Source: an uncultured Candidatus Saccharibacteria bacterium
GTDB taxonomy: Bacteria > Patescibacteriota > Saccharimonadia > Saccharimonadales > Saccharimonadaceae
DNA length: 64,000 bases
Assembly: GCA_947087275.1 (NCBI GenBank)
Contig: CAMUBZ010000003.1
Coordinates: 9,132-73,131, forward strand
Direction: 5' to 3'
In this document: in pieces, positions 37,291 to 46,183 of the stretch
How positions within the stretch are numbered: position 1 is the stretch's first letter
Layout of the letters: every line of letters begins with the position of its first letter
Program-made: the position numbers and the translations under genes
The notes under the pieces: model-generated
What the model saw: only the letters and a program-made list of their open reading frames with translations
The model's database searches: none
Told to the model about the DNA's origin: nothing

Positions 37291-38274
37291 TTATTCCTTG
37301 CCTTGCCAGTAGTCAACCGGGTCGGATTTGGCTTTGCGCCGGTCAATGATGATTAAAATCGTCGCGATAATAACGACACAAGCGATAATAACCAGAGCAA
37401 TGACGAGAGCGACATTAACAAAACGGTCAGTATAACTGGAATCGCTCTCGCTTTCCTGTAAGGTCACTGTGCCATTTTCTTCCAACACGGCTGTGCGATA
37501 AAAGGCTTCTGGAGCGGAGGTGGTCGTGATGGCATACATCAGTTCCTGACCAGCCCAATAATTCAGCGCCACATCGTCGTAATAAAGCGAGCCCTCGTGT
37601 GGAGCGGCATAAAGCGTGAACTCAATTTGGAAGAACATAATTTGATAACCATCCATATCCATCACATGCTCCATATTGTTCTCAAATATCTGCGCTATGG
37701 GTGCACCCTCAGCAGACGTAAACAAGAGAGCAGCCACATCCGGTGCAAACTGACCGCCGTCGCCCAAACCGCTAACTTCTCCTGAACCTTCCAGATAATA
37801 CAGATCAAGGGTTTCTTCACTACTAATACCAAATGTGTCACACCATGTGTCAATTGCGCTACCGTTTACCGAATAGCCAATTGCATTGGGGCTATTCTTG
37901 AGCAAAGTGTTCGGGAAACGCACCTGCAAGTTAATGTCTTCGTATTTCTCTAAATGGGATTGATCAATACTGCACATGAAGTCTAATGTAATCTGATAAA
38001 AATGGCCTGCTTCCAGTGGCGCCGACAGGATATGCATGTTGTCCAACATCTGATCAAACGTATCGGTGTCCCTAGTGAGGCCATCGTAGACCGACATCAC
38101 AATCATCATATCGTTCGCAAAACCATAGTCAGACATGCTACTCCATGTATCGTCCAACGAGACATCAGGCGGAATGACTTCCAGTGAGCCTGATGTCTCT
38201 GCGCTAACGGTTAGCGGCCGCCCCACCATGCACAGCGCACACAACAACATTACTACCAACATTTTCTGTTTCAT
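37291..38274 (-). CDS. hypothetical cell-surface protein (signal peptide plus C-terminal TM anchor)
   Basis: Signal peptide MKQKMLVVMLLCALCMVG...VSA and C-terminal TM helix with RRKAK stop-transfer. ATG at 38274 is 9 nt after GGAGG. Confidence 0.6.
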   Translation of the reverse strand: MKQKMLVVMLLCALCMVGRPLTVSAETSGSLEVIPPDVSLDDTWSSMSDYGFANDMMIVMSVYDGLTRDTDTFDQMLDNMHILSAPLEAGHFYQITLDFMCSIDQSHLEKYEDINLQVRFPNTLLKNSPNAIGYSVNGSAIDTWCDTFGISSEETLDLYYLEGSGEVSGLGDGGQFAPDVAALLFTSAEGAPIAQIFENNMEHVMDMDGYQIMFFQIEFTLYAAPHEGSLYYDDVALNYWAGQELMYAITTTSAPEAFYRTAVLEENGTVTLQESESDSSYTDRFVNVALVIALVIIACVVIIATILIIIDRRKAKSDPVDYWQGKE

Positions 38275-38456
38275 ACATTTCATCCTCCGTTTTTCTGTTT
38301 TTGGCTGAAGGTTGGCAACTCAGAATCAAAAATCAATTTTCTAAGTTACCAAAACATTCAGTTGTTTTATACAATGATTTTAACATAAAACAGAATTTAT
38401 AGCAATCACAAAGCGCCCAGTAATACTGGGCGCTCGAGACAAACTTAGTTTTTTGG

Positions 38457-39338
38457 CTAGTGGCGCCTAGACCGCCAGTCCAGAATCGCACAAGCAATGA
38501 TACTAATCAGCACTGATGCGCTAAAGATAACTCCCAAAATTCCGGCAAATGTCCAGTCGTCCGCAACGGAGGCTGCAGATTGACTGGATGCCGAGGATGA
38601 CGTCGGCGGAGTAATGATTTCGGCATCATCAATGGACTGCCCGGTTGTACTGGTGGCAGCCTGCGTGATAGGTATAGTACGGAAACTAAAGACCACACTC
38701 CCGGCATGTTCAGAGCCATAGAGTACAATTCCAATCATGGAATTGCTGCCAAGGCTGACACCACGATGAAATAACTCATCATCGGAAATTGAAGTTCCGT
38801 TGGTGGGGTCCTGATTGACAACCTTTGCAGAGCCTTGCACAAACTCCAGCGCCATAGGCTCGCTGGCTAATAAGGTCAAGGAAGTGCTCACAGCAGCCGG
38901 CTGACTATTCGCGGCGGTAATTGTGGCCGTCAATGTACGCTCGTCGGTCAGTGTCGACGGCATGTCTACCAGCAAAGTAGTATCGCTCGCAATCGCGTGC
39001 GTCCTAACACCGGTCGGCAAGCCGTTATTGTCATAACTAACAATAACATCGTACTGCTGACCCATCTGCAACTCCAGCACACTGCCACTGGTTGTGACCG
39101 TACCGTCCGGGCTGGTGACGTGAAGAAAATTTTCTTCACCTACCAACGAGTTAAAAACCGGAAAGTCCGGCCGAGTTTCTTCCGTGTAGAGCGGTCGACC
39201 GTCGCTGGCGGTGGGGCCTTCAGACGAAGGCTCGTTGGCAATCTCTGCCGCAAATGCCGTTGAACTCGATAACAGCAAGCAAATTGCAACCATACAGGCT
39301 GCGGGCGTCGCAAAATACGACCTCACATGTTTCATCAT
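38457..39338 (-). CDS. hypothetical cell-surface protein (signal peptide plus C-terminal TM anchor)
   Basis: Signal peptide ...SSTAFA, Ser/Thr-rich stalk and C-terminal TM helix with RSRRH tail. Confidence 0.6.
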   Translation of the reverse strand: MMKHVRSYFATPAACMVAICLLLSSSTAFAAEIANEPSSEGPTASDGRPLYTEETRPDFPVFNSLVGEENFLHVTSPDGTVTTSGSVLELQMGQQYDVIVSYDNNGLPTGVRTHAIASDTTLLVDMPSTLTDERTLTATITAANSQPAAVSTSLTLLASEPMALEFVQGSAKVVNQDPTNGTSISDDELFHRGVSLGSNSMIGIVLYGSEHAGSVVFSFRTIPITQAATSTTGQSIDDAEIITPPTSSSASSQSAASVADDWTFAGILGVIFSASVLISIIACAILDWRSRRH

Positions 39339-39432
39339 ATATCCCTCCTAAAACGATGAAAGACGTACCTTTGCATGAAAAACTAAATTTACAAAGGTAC
39401 ATGCGGCAGCAAGATTTGCCGACACCCCGCAA

Positions 39433-42069
39433 TTATATCACAATATTGAGGAGTTTTGCACCTCTTGGGATAATCACCTTACGAATTTCGTGGCCAGCGA
39501 TGAATTTTTGCACGTTAGCATCAGCCAACGCTAATTCACGCAACTTGTCTTCGTTGCCCAAATCATCAGGTGAAACTTGAATCTTGCCACGTAGTTTGCC
39601 GTTTACCTGTACCACGACCTCAACTGTATCGGCTACGAGGTATTTCTCGTCCCAGGTGGGCCAAATGTCATCTTCGTCTAACTTTTTGAGCATTTCGGAA
39701 GCCAAATGCGGAGCAAAAGGCTTAAGTAATTTGGCCAAAACCGTTAAATCTTCGTGTGTGGCGCCGGATTTGTAGAGTTCGTTGACGTATTCCATCAAGG
39801 CGGCTACGGCCGTGTTGAAACTATTGCGATGGATATCTTCGGTAACTTTCTTAATCGTAGCATGGCGCAATGCTAGTTGGCGAGCAGTTTGGCTGCGAGG
39901 GTTGCTATTTGTCGTCGCGGTGGCGCTCTCAGAATCGAGCCCTTGCGGGCCGTGATTCTGGCCCGCGCCAGCCTGATAGTTATGCTCCGGCAAATTAGCA
40001 ACACCTTCGCGCGCCGACTGCTCGCCACCAAAGCACAGCGTCCAGCAACGGTTGAGGAAGCGGTAGACACCGCCAATGGCCTCGGTGTTCCAGGCGGCAT
40101 CTTGGTCGTATGGCCCAATAAACATCTCGTAGGTACGCAGAGTGTCGGCACCATAGCCACTGTCGATCACCTCCAGCGGGTCAATCACGTTACCCTTGGA
40201 TTTACTCATCTTCTTGCCGTCAGGGGCGTTAATATAGCCGTTGTAAAGCAACTTCTTGATGGGTTCGCGGAACGGCAAATAGCCTTGATCGGCAAAGAAT
40301 TTGCACCAAAAACGGATGTAAAGCAAGTGCGCTACAGCATGGTCACCACCCACGTAGATGTCGGTAGGTGCCCAATACTTGATTGCCTCTGGATCCCAAG
40401 CCGCCTCAGTATCATGCGGACTCACATAACGCCAAAGATACCATGAGGAACAAGCGTAACCATCCAAAGTGTCGGTTTCGCGCGTACATTCAATATCGTT
40501 GCCATTTTCATCTTTCAGCGTAACCTTGAGCCAGTCAGTCGCCTTGGCAAGTGGTGAGCGACCAGTATCATCAGGCTGATAATCAGTAATCTCAGGATGC
40601 ATCACTGGTAGTTGGTCTTCAGGAATTGGATGCACGTTGCCGTCTTTATCGTAGGCTACAGGAATAGGACAACCCCAATAACGTTGGCGGGAAATTAGCC
40701 AATCGCGCATCTTGTAGGTAACCTTTTTATGACCAATTCCCTGTTCTTCCAACCAGCTCACAATCTGCTCGCGCGCATCTTCGCTGCGGGTGTCGTTGAA
40801 CTGCCCAGAGTTGACCAAGATTCCCTCACCATGATAGCAACGGCTATCGTCATCACTATTCTCAGGCTTTTCGACGACTTCAATTACTGGAAGGTCGAAT
40901 TTTTCGGCAAACTCAAAATCGCGCTCATCATGCGCTGGTACGGCCATAATAGCACCAGTGCCATAGCCCATTAAAACGTAATCGGCAACCCAAATTGGCA
41001 TTTTGGCACCAGTAGCCGGGTTCAAAGCATAACTCCCCGTGAAGACACCGGTTTTCTCTTTGTTCTCTTGACGCTCAATTTCTGATTTCTTCAGAGCATC
41101 AGCACAATACTGCTCAACTTTGGCGCGAGTATCGTCGTTGACCAAAGTCTTGAGCAAAGGATGCTCGGGTGCCAAGACCAAGAAGGTGGCGCCGAAAATG
41201 GTATCGGGACGTGTAGTGAAGACCGTAATGCCCAAGCGCGAACTTGCTTCTGCGAGCACGGGCGCGCTCTCGTCATCTAAAGAATCCGACCCGCGCGCGC
41301 CGAGAGATTGCTCGCTACCAGCAAGTTCGCTCTTATGCTTCGCGCCTGGCGTCAAACCTTCCACCTCAAACGTAATCTCGGCACCTTCGGAACGGCCAAT
41401 CCAGTTCTTTTGCGCAGTTTTGATGCGCTCGGGCCATTCCACGTGATCAATATCTTCCAACAGCTCATCCGCATAATCTGTGATTTTGAAGAACCACTGT
41501 TTCATCTTCTTCTTTTCAACTTCACTGCCGCAGCGCCAACAATGGCCGTTTTCAACCTGTTCGTTGGCGAGTACGGTCTTGTCTACTGGGCACCACCACT
41601 GATATGACTCTTTTTGATAAGCGAGACCTGCCTTGTAGAGTTGCAAGAAGCACCACTGGGTCCAACGGTAATATTCGGGATCAGAAGTGTTGATTTCCCG
41701 ACTCCAGTCGATAGCATAGCCCAACTTTTTGGCCTGTTTGCGGAAGTTGGCAATATTGGTCTCGGTAGCCGACTGAGGTGAAATTCCAGTCTTGATAGCA
41801 TAATTTTCGGCCGGCAGACCAAAGGTATCGTAGCCAAAAGGCCGCAGAACGTTCAATTCTTGCTGATTATAGAACCGCGTCAAAACATCGACAATAGTAA
41901 AGTTGCGCACATGCCCCACGTGGAGACCAGCGCCAGAAGGGTACGGGAACATCTCGGCAAGATATTTCTTCGGCTTGCTCTCGTCGATTGGTCCTGCTTT
42001 GAAGGCTTCGGTTTCATCCCAAATTTTTTGCCATTTTTGTTCGATTTTCAACGGGTCATATCTATCCAT
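39433..42069 (-). CDS. leuS: leucine--tRNA ligase
   Basis: HIGH-type GLHVGH and KMSKS motifs plus a CP1 editing domain. Contains two low-complexity inserts. Confidence 0.95.
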   Translation of the reverse strand: MDRYDPLKIEQKWQKIWDETEAFKAGPIDESKPKKYLAEMFPYPSGAGLHVGHVRNFTIVDVLTRFYNQQELNVLRPFGYDTFGLPAENYAIKTGISPQSATETNIANFRKQAKKLGYAIDWSREINTSDPEYYRWTQWCFLQLYKAGLAYQKESYQWWCPVDKTVLANEQVENGHCWRCGSEVEKKKMKQWFFKITDYADELLEDIDHVEWPERIKTAQKNWIGRSEGAEITFEVEGLTPGAKHKSELAGSEQSLGARGSDSLDDESAPVLAEASSRLGITVFTTRPDTIFGATFLVLAPEHPLLKTLVNDDTRAKVEQYCADALKKSEIERQENKEKTGVFTGSYALNPATGAKMPIWVADYVLMGYGTGAIMAVPAHDERDFEFAEKFDLPVIEVVEKPENSDDDSRCYHGEGILVNSGQFNDTRSEDAREQIVSWLEEQGIGHKKVTYKMRDWLISRQRYWGCPIPVAYDKDGNVHPIPEDQLPVMHPEITDYQPDDTGRSPLAKATDWLKVTLKDENGNDIECTRETDTLDGYACSSWYLWRYVSPHDTEAAWDPEAIKYWAPTDIYVGGDHAVAHLLYIRFWCKFFADQGYLPFREPIKKLLYNGYINAPDGKKMSKSKGNVIDPLEVIDSGYGADTLRTYEMFIGPYDQDAAWNTEAIGGVYRFLNRCWTLCFGGEQSAREGVANLPEHNYQAGAGQNHGPQGLDSESATATTNSNPRSQTARQLALRHATIKKVTEDIHRNSFNTAVAALMEYVNELYKSGATHEDLTVLAKLLKPFAPHLASEMLKKLDEDDIWPTWDEKYLVADTVEVVVQVNGKLRGKIQVSPDDLGNEDKLRELALADANVQKFIAGHEIRKVIIPRGAKLLNIVI

Positions 42070-42132
42070 AGAGATAATTATACCATATTCTGAGTTGATT
42101 TATGATATAATAACAGTAACAAAGAGAGGTTT

Positions 42133-42960
42133 ATGGAAAAGATAATAGCGCCAACGGACGGTAATACTGAATGGGATATGTCGGATGCCCCGGAGTTTAG
42201 GGCTGAAGCGCCTAGCGCGGTGGAGGAAGTCAAATTCTGGAGTAATGAGTATAATACCGCTGAGGCTCAGTTTGCCAAGTATGCTAAAACTATGAGCTCA
42301 AGCGCTCGTGATGAAGAGGGCTATCGGGCAACCGTTGCTAAATACGAGAATGATATTGCCTATGACTGGCAAAGATTGGACAAGGCCACCAATAAAGCAA
42401 TGACAGATCGGCTAATTCGCTCTGCTTATGAATTAGCCGATACCCAAGGCTTGGGTATCGTTGCGCCGGCCGAAACAATCGAGGCAGCAACGGGTATATT
42501 TTATGATGAGCGCATGTCCGCCTTGAATCAAAAAATCCTTGCCGAGGAGCAGAACGACACCACAACTGCCGACCAGTCCGTTCTCCGGCAAACCTGGCGC
42601 AAGGTGATGGACTATATTGAGGCTTCAACGGATTATGATTTTTTGCATCGTGACTATAATTCTTACCAAAACGCGCGTCGCGCTTGCCACAACAACATGA
42701 TTCGGCAACTCAATGATTTGAACCATCTGGCCGAAAAATATGACACCACGCGCTTTACACCACGTGATTTTATGACGAATGATTTTGATTACGACCAACG
42801 ACGCGACCGTGGCAGTAAATTAAATAATCGTGCTAATTATGACCGGGAAAGCGTTTTGGCGTATTTTCGCACAGTTTTTGAGAAAGATTTTAACAAAATG
42901 GAGCAAAAAGCTGCCTATACGAGCCGTGATTTGCAGGCAGGCATGACGTATTACGACTAA
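42133..42960 (+). CDS. hypothetical protein (275 aa)
   Basis: ORF with helical, acidic protein-like composition. No family recognised. Confidence 0.5.
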   Translation: MEKIIAPTDGNTEWDMSDAPEFRAEAPSAVEEVKFWSNEYNTAEAQFAKYAKTMSSSARDEEGYRATVAKYENDIAYDWQRLDKATNKAMTDRLIRSAYELADTQGLGIVAPAETIEAATGIFYDERMSALNQKILAEEQNDTTTADQSVLRQTWRKVMDYIEASTDYDFLHRDYNSYQNARRACHNNMIRQLNDLNHLAEKYDTTRFTPRDFMTNDFDYDQRRDRGSKLNNRANYDRESVLAYFRTVFEKDFNKMEQKAAYTSRDLQAGMTYYD

Positions 42961-42976
42961 TTTTGTGATAAAAGCA

Positions 42977-43005
42977 TTGACTTTTTGCGCAATCTGTGCT
43001 ACAAT
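42977..43005 (+). promoter_or_regulatory. consensus promoter TTGACT-17-TACAAT with TGn
   Basis: -35 at 42977-42982 and -10 at 43000-43005. Confidence 0.6.
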
Positions 43006-43091
43006 AAGGAGTGAGACTAATGTTAGTCTCTAGTTTTTGGCGGTTATAGCCAAAAACTATCAACAGTCCTTTACAGAATGGGGGAAAGATT

Positions 43092-43346
43092 ATGAAAAAA
43101 CAAAGCATTTACGAGTATTTTGCACAAATGTCACAGGAGGATTTTGAGAGCAAATTCTCGGAATTGGCTCACTCTGACGCCTTCTCCGCGATAGCCTCTA
43201 AGGCATTTACTCCGGATGATGTGGCTAAGGTAAAAAGTGCACTGATTACAGCCGGTGTTCGTGAAGATTGGCTCACCAATGATTTGCGCATCCTCACGGT
43301 TGTCAACCATATCACATCCAAAATCGTGAAAAAGAAAACTACATAA
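43092..43346 (+). CDS. hypothetical small protein (84 aa)
   Basis: ATG follows GGGGGAAAG. The leader carries two hairpins. Confidence 0.45.
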   Translation: MKKQSIYEYFAQMSQEDFESKFSELAHSDAFSAIASKAFTPDDVAKVKSALITAGVREDWLTNDLRILTVVNHITSKIVKKKTT

Positions 43347-43396
43347 TCTATCTGGGGCCACATGCGTTGGTCCCTTTTTTCTGTTATAATAACTTC

Positions 43397-43900
43397 ATGA
43401 AACTTCAACTCGTCTTGTATAATATTCGCTCGGTATATAACGTGGGGGCGATTTTGCGCACGGCGGAGGGATTGGGTGTGGAACAGGTGGTGTTTTCTGG
43501 CTATACGCCGCGTTATGACGATGCGACCTTGTTGCCGCACCTGCGCGAAAAGCTGAACCATCAGATTGCGAAGGCGGCCTTGGGGGCGGAAAGAATGGTG
43601 CCACAAGTAGCAGTAGCAGATTTGCCGAGTTGGCTGACAGAGCAAAAAGATCAGGAGTGGACGGTGATTGGGCTAGAGAATAATCTGGCGCCAGAGGAAG
43701 AAGCACGGAAGTTGGTTTTGGGTGCACCAGTTGAAGCCGAAAAAGTAGTGCTGGTTTTGGGTGAAGAAGTGAATGGCATTCCGGCCGATATTCGCGAATG
43801 CTGCGACTACTTCCTAGAGATTCCGATGGTGGGGCGAAAGGAATCGTTCAATGTGTCGGTGGCGACTGGTATTGCGGTGTGGGGGCTGCAGAATTCTTAG
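43397..43900 (+). CDS. TrmH/SpoU family RNA 2'-O-methyltransferase
   Basis: Motifs NVGAILRTAEGLG, LVLGEEVNGI and IPMVGRKESFNVSVA. Confidence 0.8.
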   Translation: MKLQLVLYNIRSVYNVGAILRTAEGLGVEQVVFSGYTPRYDDATLLPHLREKLNHQIAKAALGAERMVPQVAVADLPSWLTEQKDQEWTVIGLENNLAPEEEARKLVLGAPVEAEKVVLVLGEEVNGIPADIRECCDYFLEIPMVGRKESFNVSVATGIAVWGLQNS

Positions 43901-43914
43901 TGCCATATATGCAC

Positions 43915-44004
43915 TTCCTACATAGCCACATCACTACGTTCTGTGGTATGAGCGTCGTCTCGAAAGCAAAAGAACAAGTTCACTTGTTCTTTTGCTTTAC
44001 TCAA
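43915..44004 (-). repeat. 3' add-on module (two hairpins) following copy F
   Basis: Hairpins at 43963-43998 and 43926-43946. Ends in TATGTAGGAA (43915-43924 on the plus strand). Confidence 0.7.
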
Positions 44005-44214
44005 CTCCTACATACCTAATACAGTACTAAGGCAGCGGAGGGAGTAACCGTAAGAGAGGAATCGCGGGCTATTGGATGGCTGCACAGTAAGATTTCCTAT
44101 TACAAGATTATATGCATTCTGCGCGCTTTCTAGCCATGAAGACCACCAACATCCGCTAAAAACTGTGCCCTTTAAAGTGCTAGCAGTTCTTAAATCAATA
44201 TACCCGCTGCGCAC
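44005..44214 (-). repeat. orphan FISUMP/DUF1566-like C-terminal cassette, copy F
   Basis: Conserved borders. Frame MRSGYIDLRTAS...CWWSSW...AYNL...YSLRCLSTVLGM*. Confidence 0.9.
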
Positions 44215-44262
44215 GAAGTAAAAATGTTGTACATTTTACAACATATATGCTAAAGTAGGGTA

Positions 44263-44649
44263 GTGAAGTTTAATCTCATCATTCCTACTGGCCTCAAGCC
44301 AAAGCCGACGAAGGACGAAATGGCTGTTGCTGAGGTGCTATCGAACTATTTTCATAGCGACATCAAATTTGTTGCTCGCGGCATTTCGCATACTCCAGAT
44401 ATTTTTATTATACGGCTTAATCAATACTGGGAAATCAAAAATATACGTGGCAATGGGCGACGTACTATTGCAAATGTACTACGAGAAGCCTAATATCAAG
44501 CAGAGAATCTTGTTATCTCACTAACGCGTACATCAATGAGTGCGCAACAGGCCTCAGGTAGAATTCGACAGTACATCAGAGAAGGACGCACGCGTATCAA
44601 ACGAATAGTGATTATTACAAAAGCCAAAAAAGTGCTTGTCATAAAATAG
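44263..44649 (+). pseudogene. PD-(D/E)xK nuclease-like paralog interrupted by one in-frame TAA (44491-44493)
   Basis: Motif TPD-x11-WEIK. The same frame stays open after the TAA and still aligns to the paralogs (QAENLVISLTR versus QSDSIIFDSRR). Confidence 0.6.
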
Positions 44650-44735
44650 AACTTGTGATATTATAAGGACAATAAGAGACGGATGCGATACTGAACTGAA
44701 TCAATAGACCGTCTCTTTTTATATAAAACTTTTTC

Positions 44736-44960
44736 GTGCGCAGCGGGTATATCTTCCCAACTGTTGAGAGTGGTCACAATGCGGGTTCGCGAGCTATGGG
44801 CGCCACTGGAGACTATTGGACATCGCGAGCATCTTCTACATCACCTTCTAATGCCTATTGGCTTGAAATTACTACAACAGTGCTTCCGTCACGCACTCCG
44901 CTCAATCGCTACAATAGTTTCCCCCTCCGCTGCCTTAGTACTGTATTAGGTATGTAGGAG
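44736..44960 (+). repeat. orphan FISUMP/DUF1566-like C-terminal cassette, copy G
   Basis: Conserved borders. Frame MRSGYIFPTVES...YWTSRASS...AYWL...FPLRCLSTVLGM*. Confidence 0.9.
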
Positions 44961-44995
44961 ATGAGAGGGGGAATAAAAATTGTGAGAAAAAGTCC

Positions 44996-45121
44996 TTGCT
45001 ATTTTAAAAAGCATAAGTTATACTAAGGACAGTTCGGAAGAACATAAGGCTAACTGCGAGCCAACGATAAGTTGAGAGCTTATATGTTCAAAAAGTCGCC
45101 CTGCGTTGAAGGCGATTTTTT
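44996..45121 (+). ncRNA. orphan promoter-hairpin-terminator unit; candidate small RNA
   Basis: TTGCTA-17-TATACT (44996-45024), an imperfect hairpin at 45040-45090, and a terminator stem 45095-45115 with TTTTTT. No ORF of 60 aa or more. Confidence 0.35.
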
Positions 45122-45141
45122 GGTTTTATGCTTAATTTTTC

Positions 45142-45351
45142 GTGCGCAGCGGGTACGTCTACTTGCCTAATACTAGGACTCATGATGGCGCTGGCCAATA
45201 TGGATATTGGCGAACATCTCGTGCCTATTCATCAACTACACAGGCTTACCGCTTAGGGTTTCATGCTAGCATCGTATCACCATCTTTGAGTGATCCACGC
45301 TCCAACGCTTTCCCCCTCCGCTGCCTTAGTACTGTATTAGGTATGTAGGAG
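45142..45351 (+). repeat. orphan FISUMP/DUF1566-like C-terminal cassette, copy H
   Basis: Conserved borders. Frame MRSGYVYLPNT...YWRTSRAYSSTTQAYRL...FPLRCLSTVLGM*. Confidence 0.9.
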
Positions 45352-45436
45352 GCGAATGAAGTAAAAAGGGCTTGCACTTTTTACTTCTGAGCCGACGTCC
45401 ATACCAGTCAACGTTAGTTGACTGGCTATGTAGGAG
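45352..45436 (+). repeat. 3' add-on module (two hairpins) ending in a second TATGTAGGAG
   Basis: Hairpins at 45358-45387 and 45404-45425. Direct repeat TATGTAGGAG at 45342-45351 and 45427-45436. Confidence 0.75.
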
Positions 45437-45444
45437 TGGAGTAA

Positions 45445-45477
45445 AGTAAAAGAAACGGGCAGCCTATGGCTACCCGT
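45445..45477 (-). terminator. intrinsic terminator after 45491-46060
   Basis: ACGGGTAGCC-ATA-GGCTGCCCGT followed by a T-rich run on the minus strand. Confidence 0.55.
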
Positions 45478-45490
45478 CCCACTGAAAAAA

Positions 45491-46060
45491 CTATGGCCCC
45501 TTCGAAATCCCAAGCAGACTGATCTTCGGCGCATCCCGGTAGTCAGTATCCCATTCGGTGAAGTATTCTGCGATTTGCTCGTAGTAATGCATCGACGCCA
45601 AGCGCAATAACACATACGCCAGAAGGTTCTCGGCAAGATGAGAACCTTCGTCATCCGATGACGACTTGCGCGGCTTCAGAAAATACATAAATACCCGAAT
45701 GACCAGCTTACCCATGTAATTCTGATCAGGGTCGTCCCGGTTTCTAGCAGCATAATACTGCGTTGCGTCCAGACAAAATACCGGTTTTTTCTTGGTGCCA
45801 ACGACCGCATCGTGCCCCTTATCGTCAAGCAATGCAATCCTCGCATAAGAATGCGGCTCATCTTCACCGCATTTGAACTCGCGGATTTCCAGCGTAAAAG
45901 GGTCCTTGCAAAGCGGCGTAAATTCGTTCAATAGACTATTGGCTAATTCTGTAAACATGGCGTTACTTCGGTCGTCTTCCTTCTCCTCACCGTTTTCGCA
46001 AATGGGAGGAAGGTCGGTAAACAAGCCAAAACTTGCGTTTTCCAGTGTAATTCTCTTCAT
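45491..46060 (-). CDS. hypothetical protein (189 aa), accessory
   Basis: Consensus promoter and SD upstream. No family recognised. Confidence 0.5.
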   Translation of the reverse strand: MKRITLENASFGLFTDLPPICENGEEKEDDRSNAMFTELANSLLNEFTPLCKDPFTLEIREFKCGEDEPHSYARIALLDDKGHDAVVGTKKKPVFCLDATQYYAARNRDDPDQNYMGKLVIRVFMYFLKPRKSSSDDEGSHLAENLLAYVLLRLASMHYYEQIAEYFTEWDTDYRDAPKISLLGISKGP

Positions 46061-46113
46061 AACGTACACCATCCTTTTTAATATTTGGGAAGATAGAGAA
46101 GTCCCATGCCTCC

Positions 46114-46142
46114 ATTATATCACACCTTATCAAAAAAGTCAA
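46114..46142 (-). promoter_or_regulatory. consensus promoter TTGACT-17-TATAAT
   Basis: -35 at 46137-46142 and -10 at 46114-46119 on the minus strand. Confidence 0.6.
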
Positions 46143-46183
46143 GTGCTTGAGGCGCTGAACTTGACTTTGATGAATAATATTGG

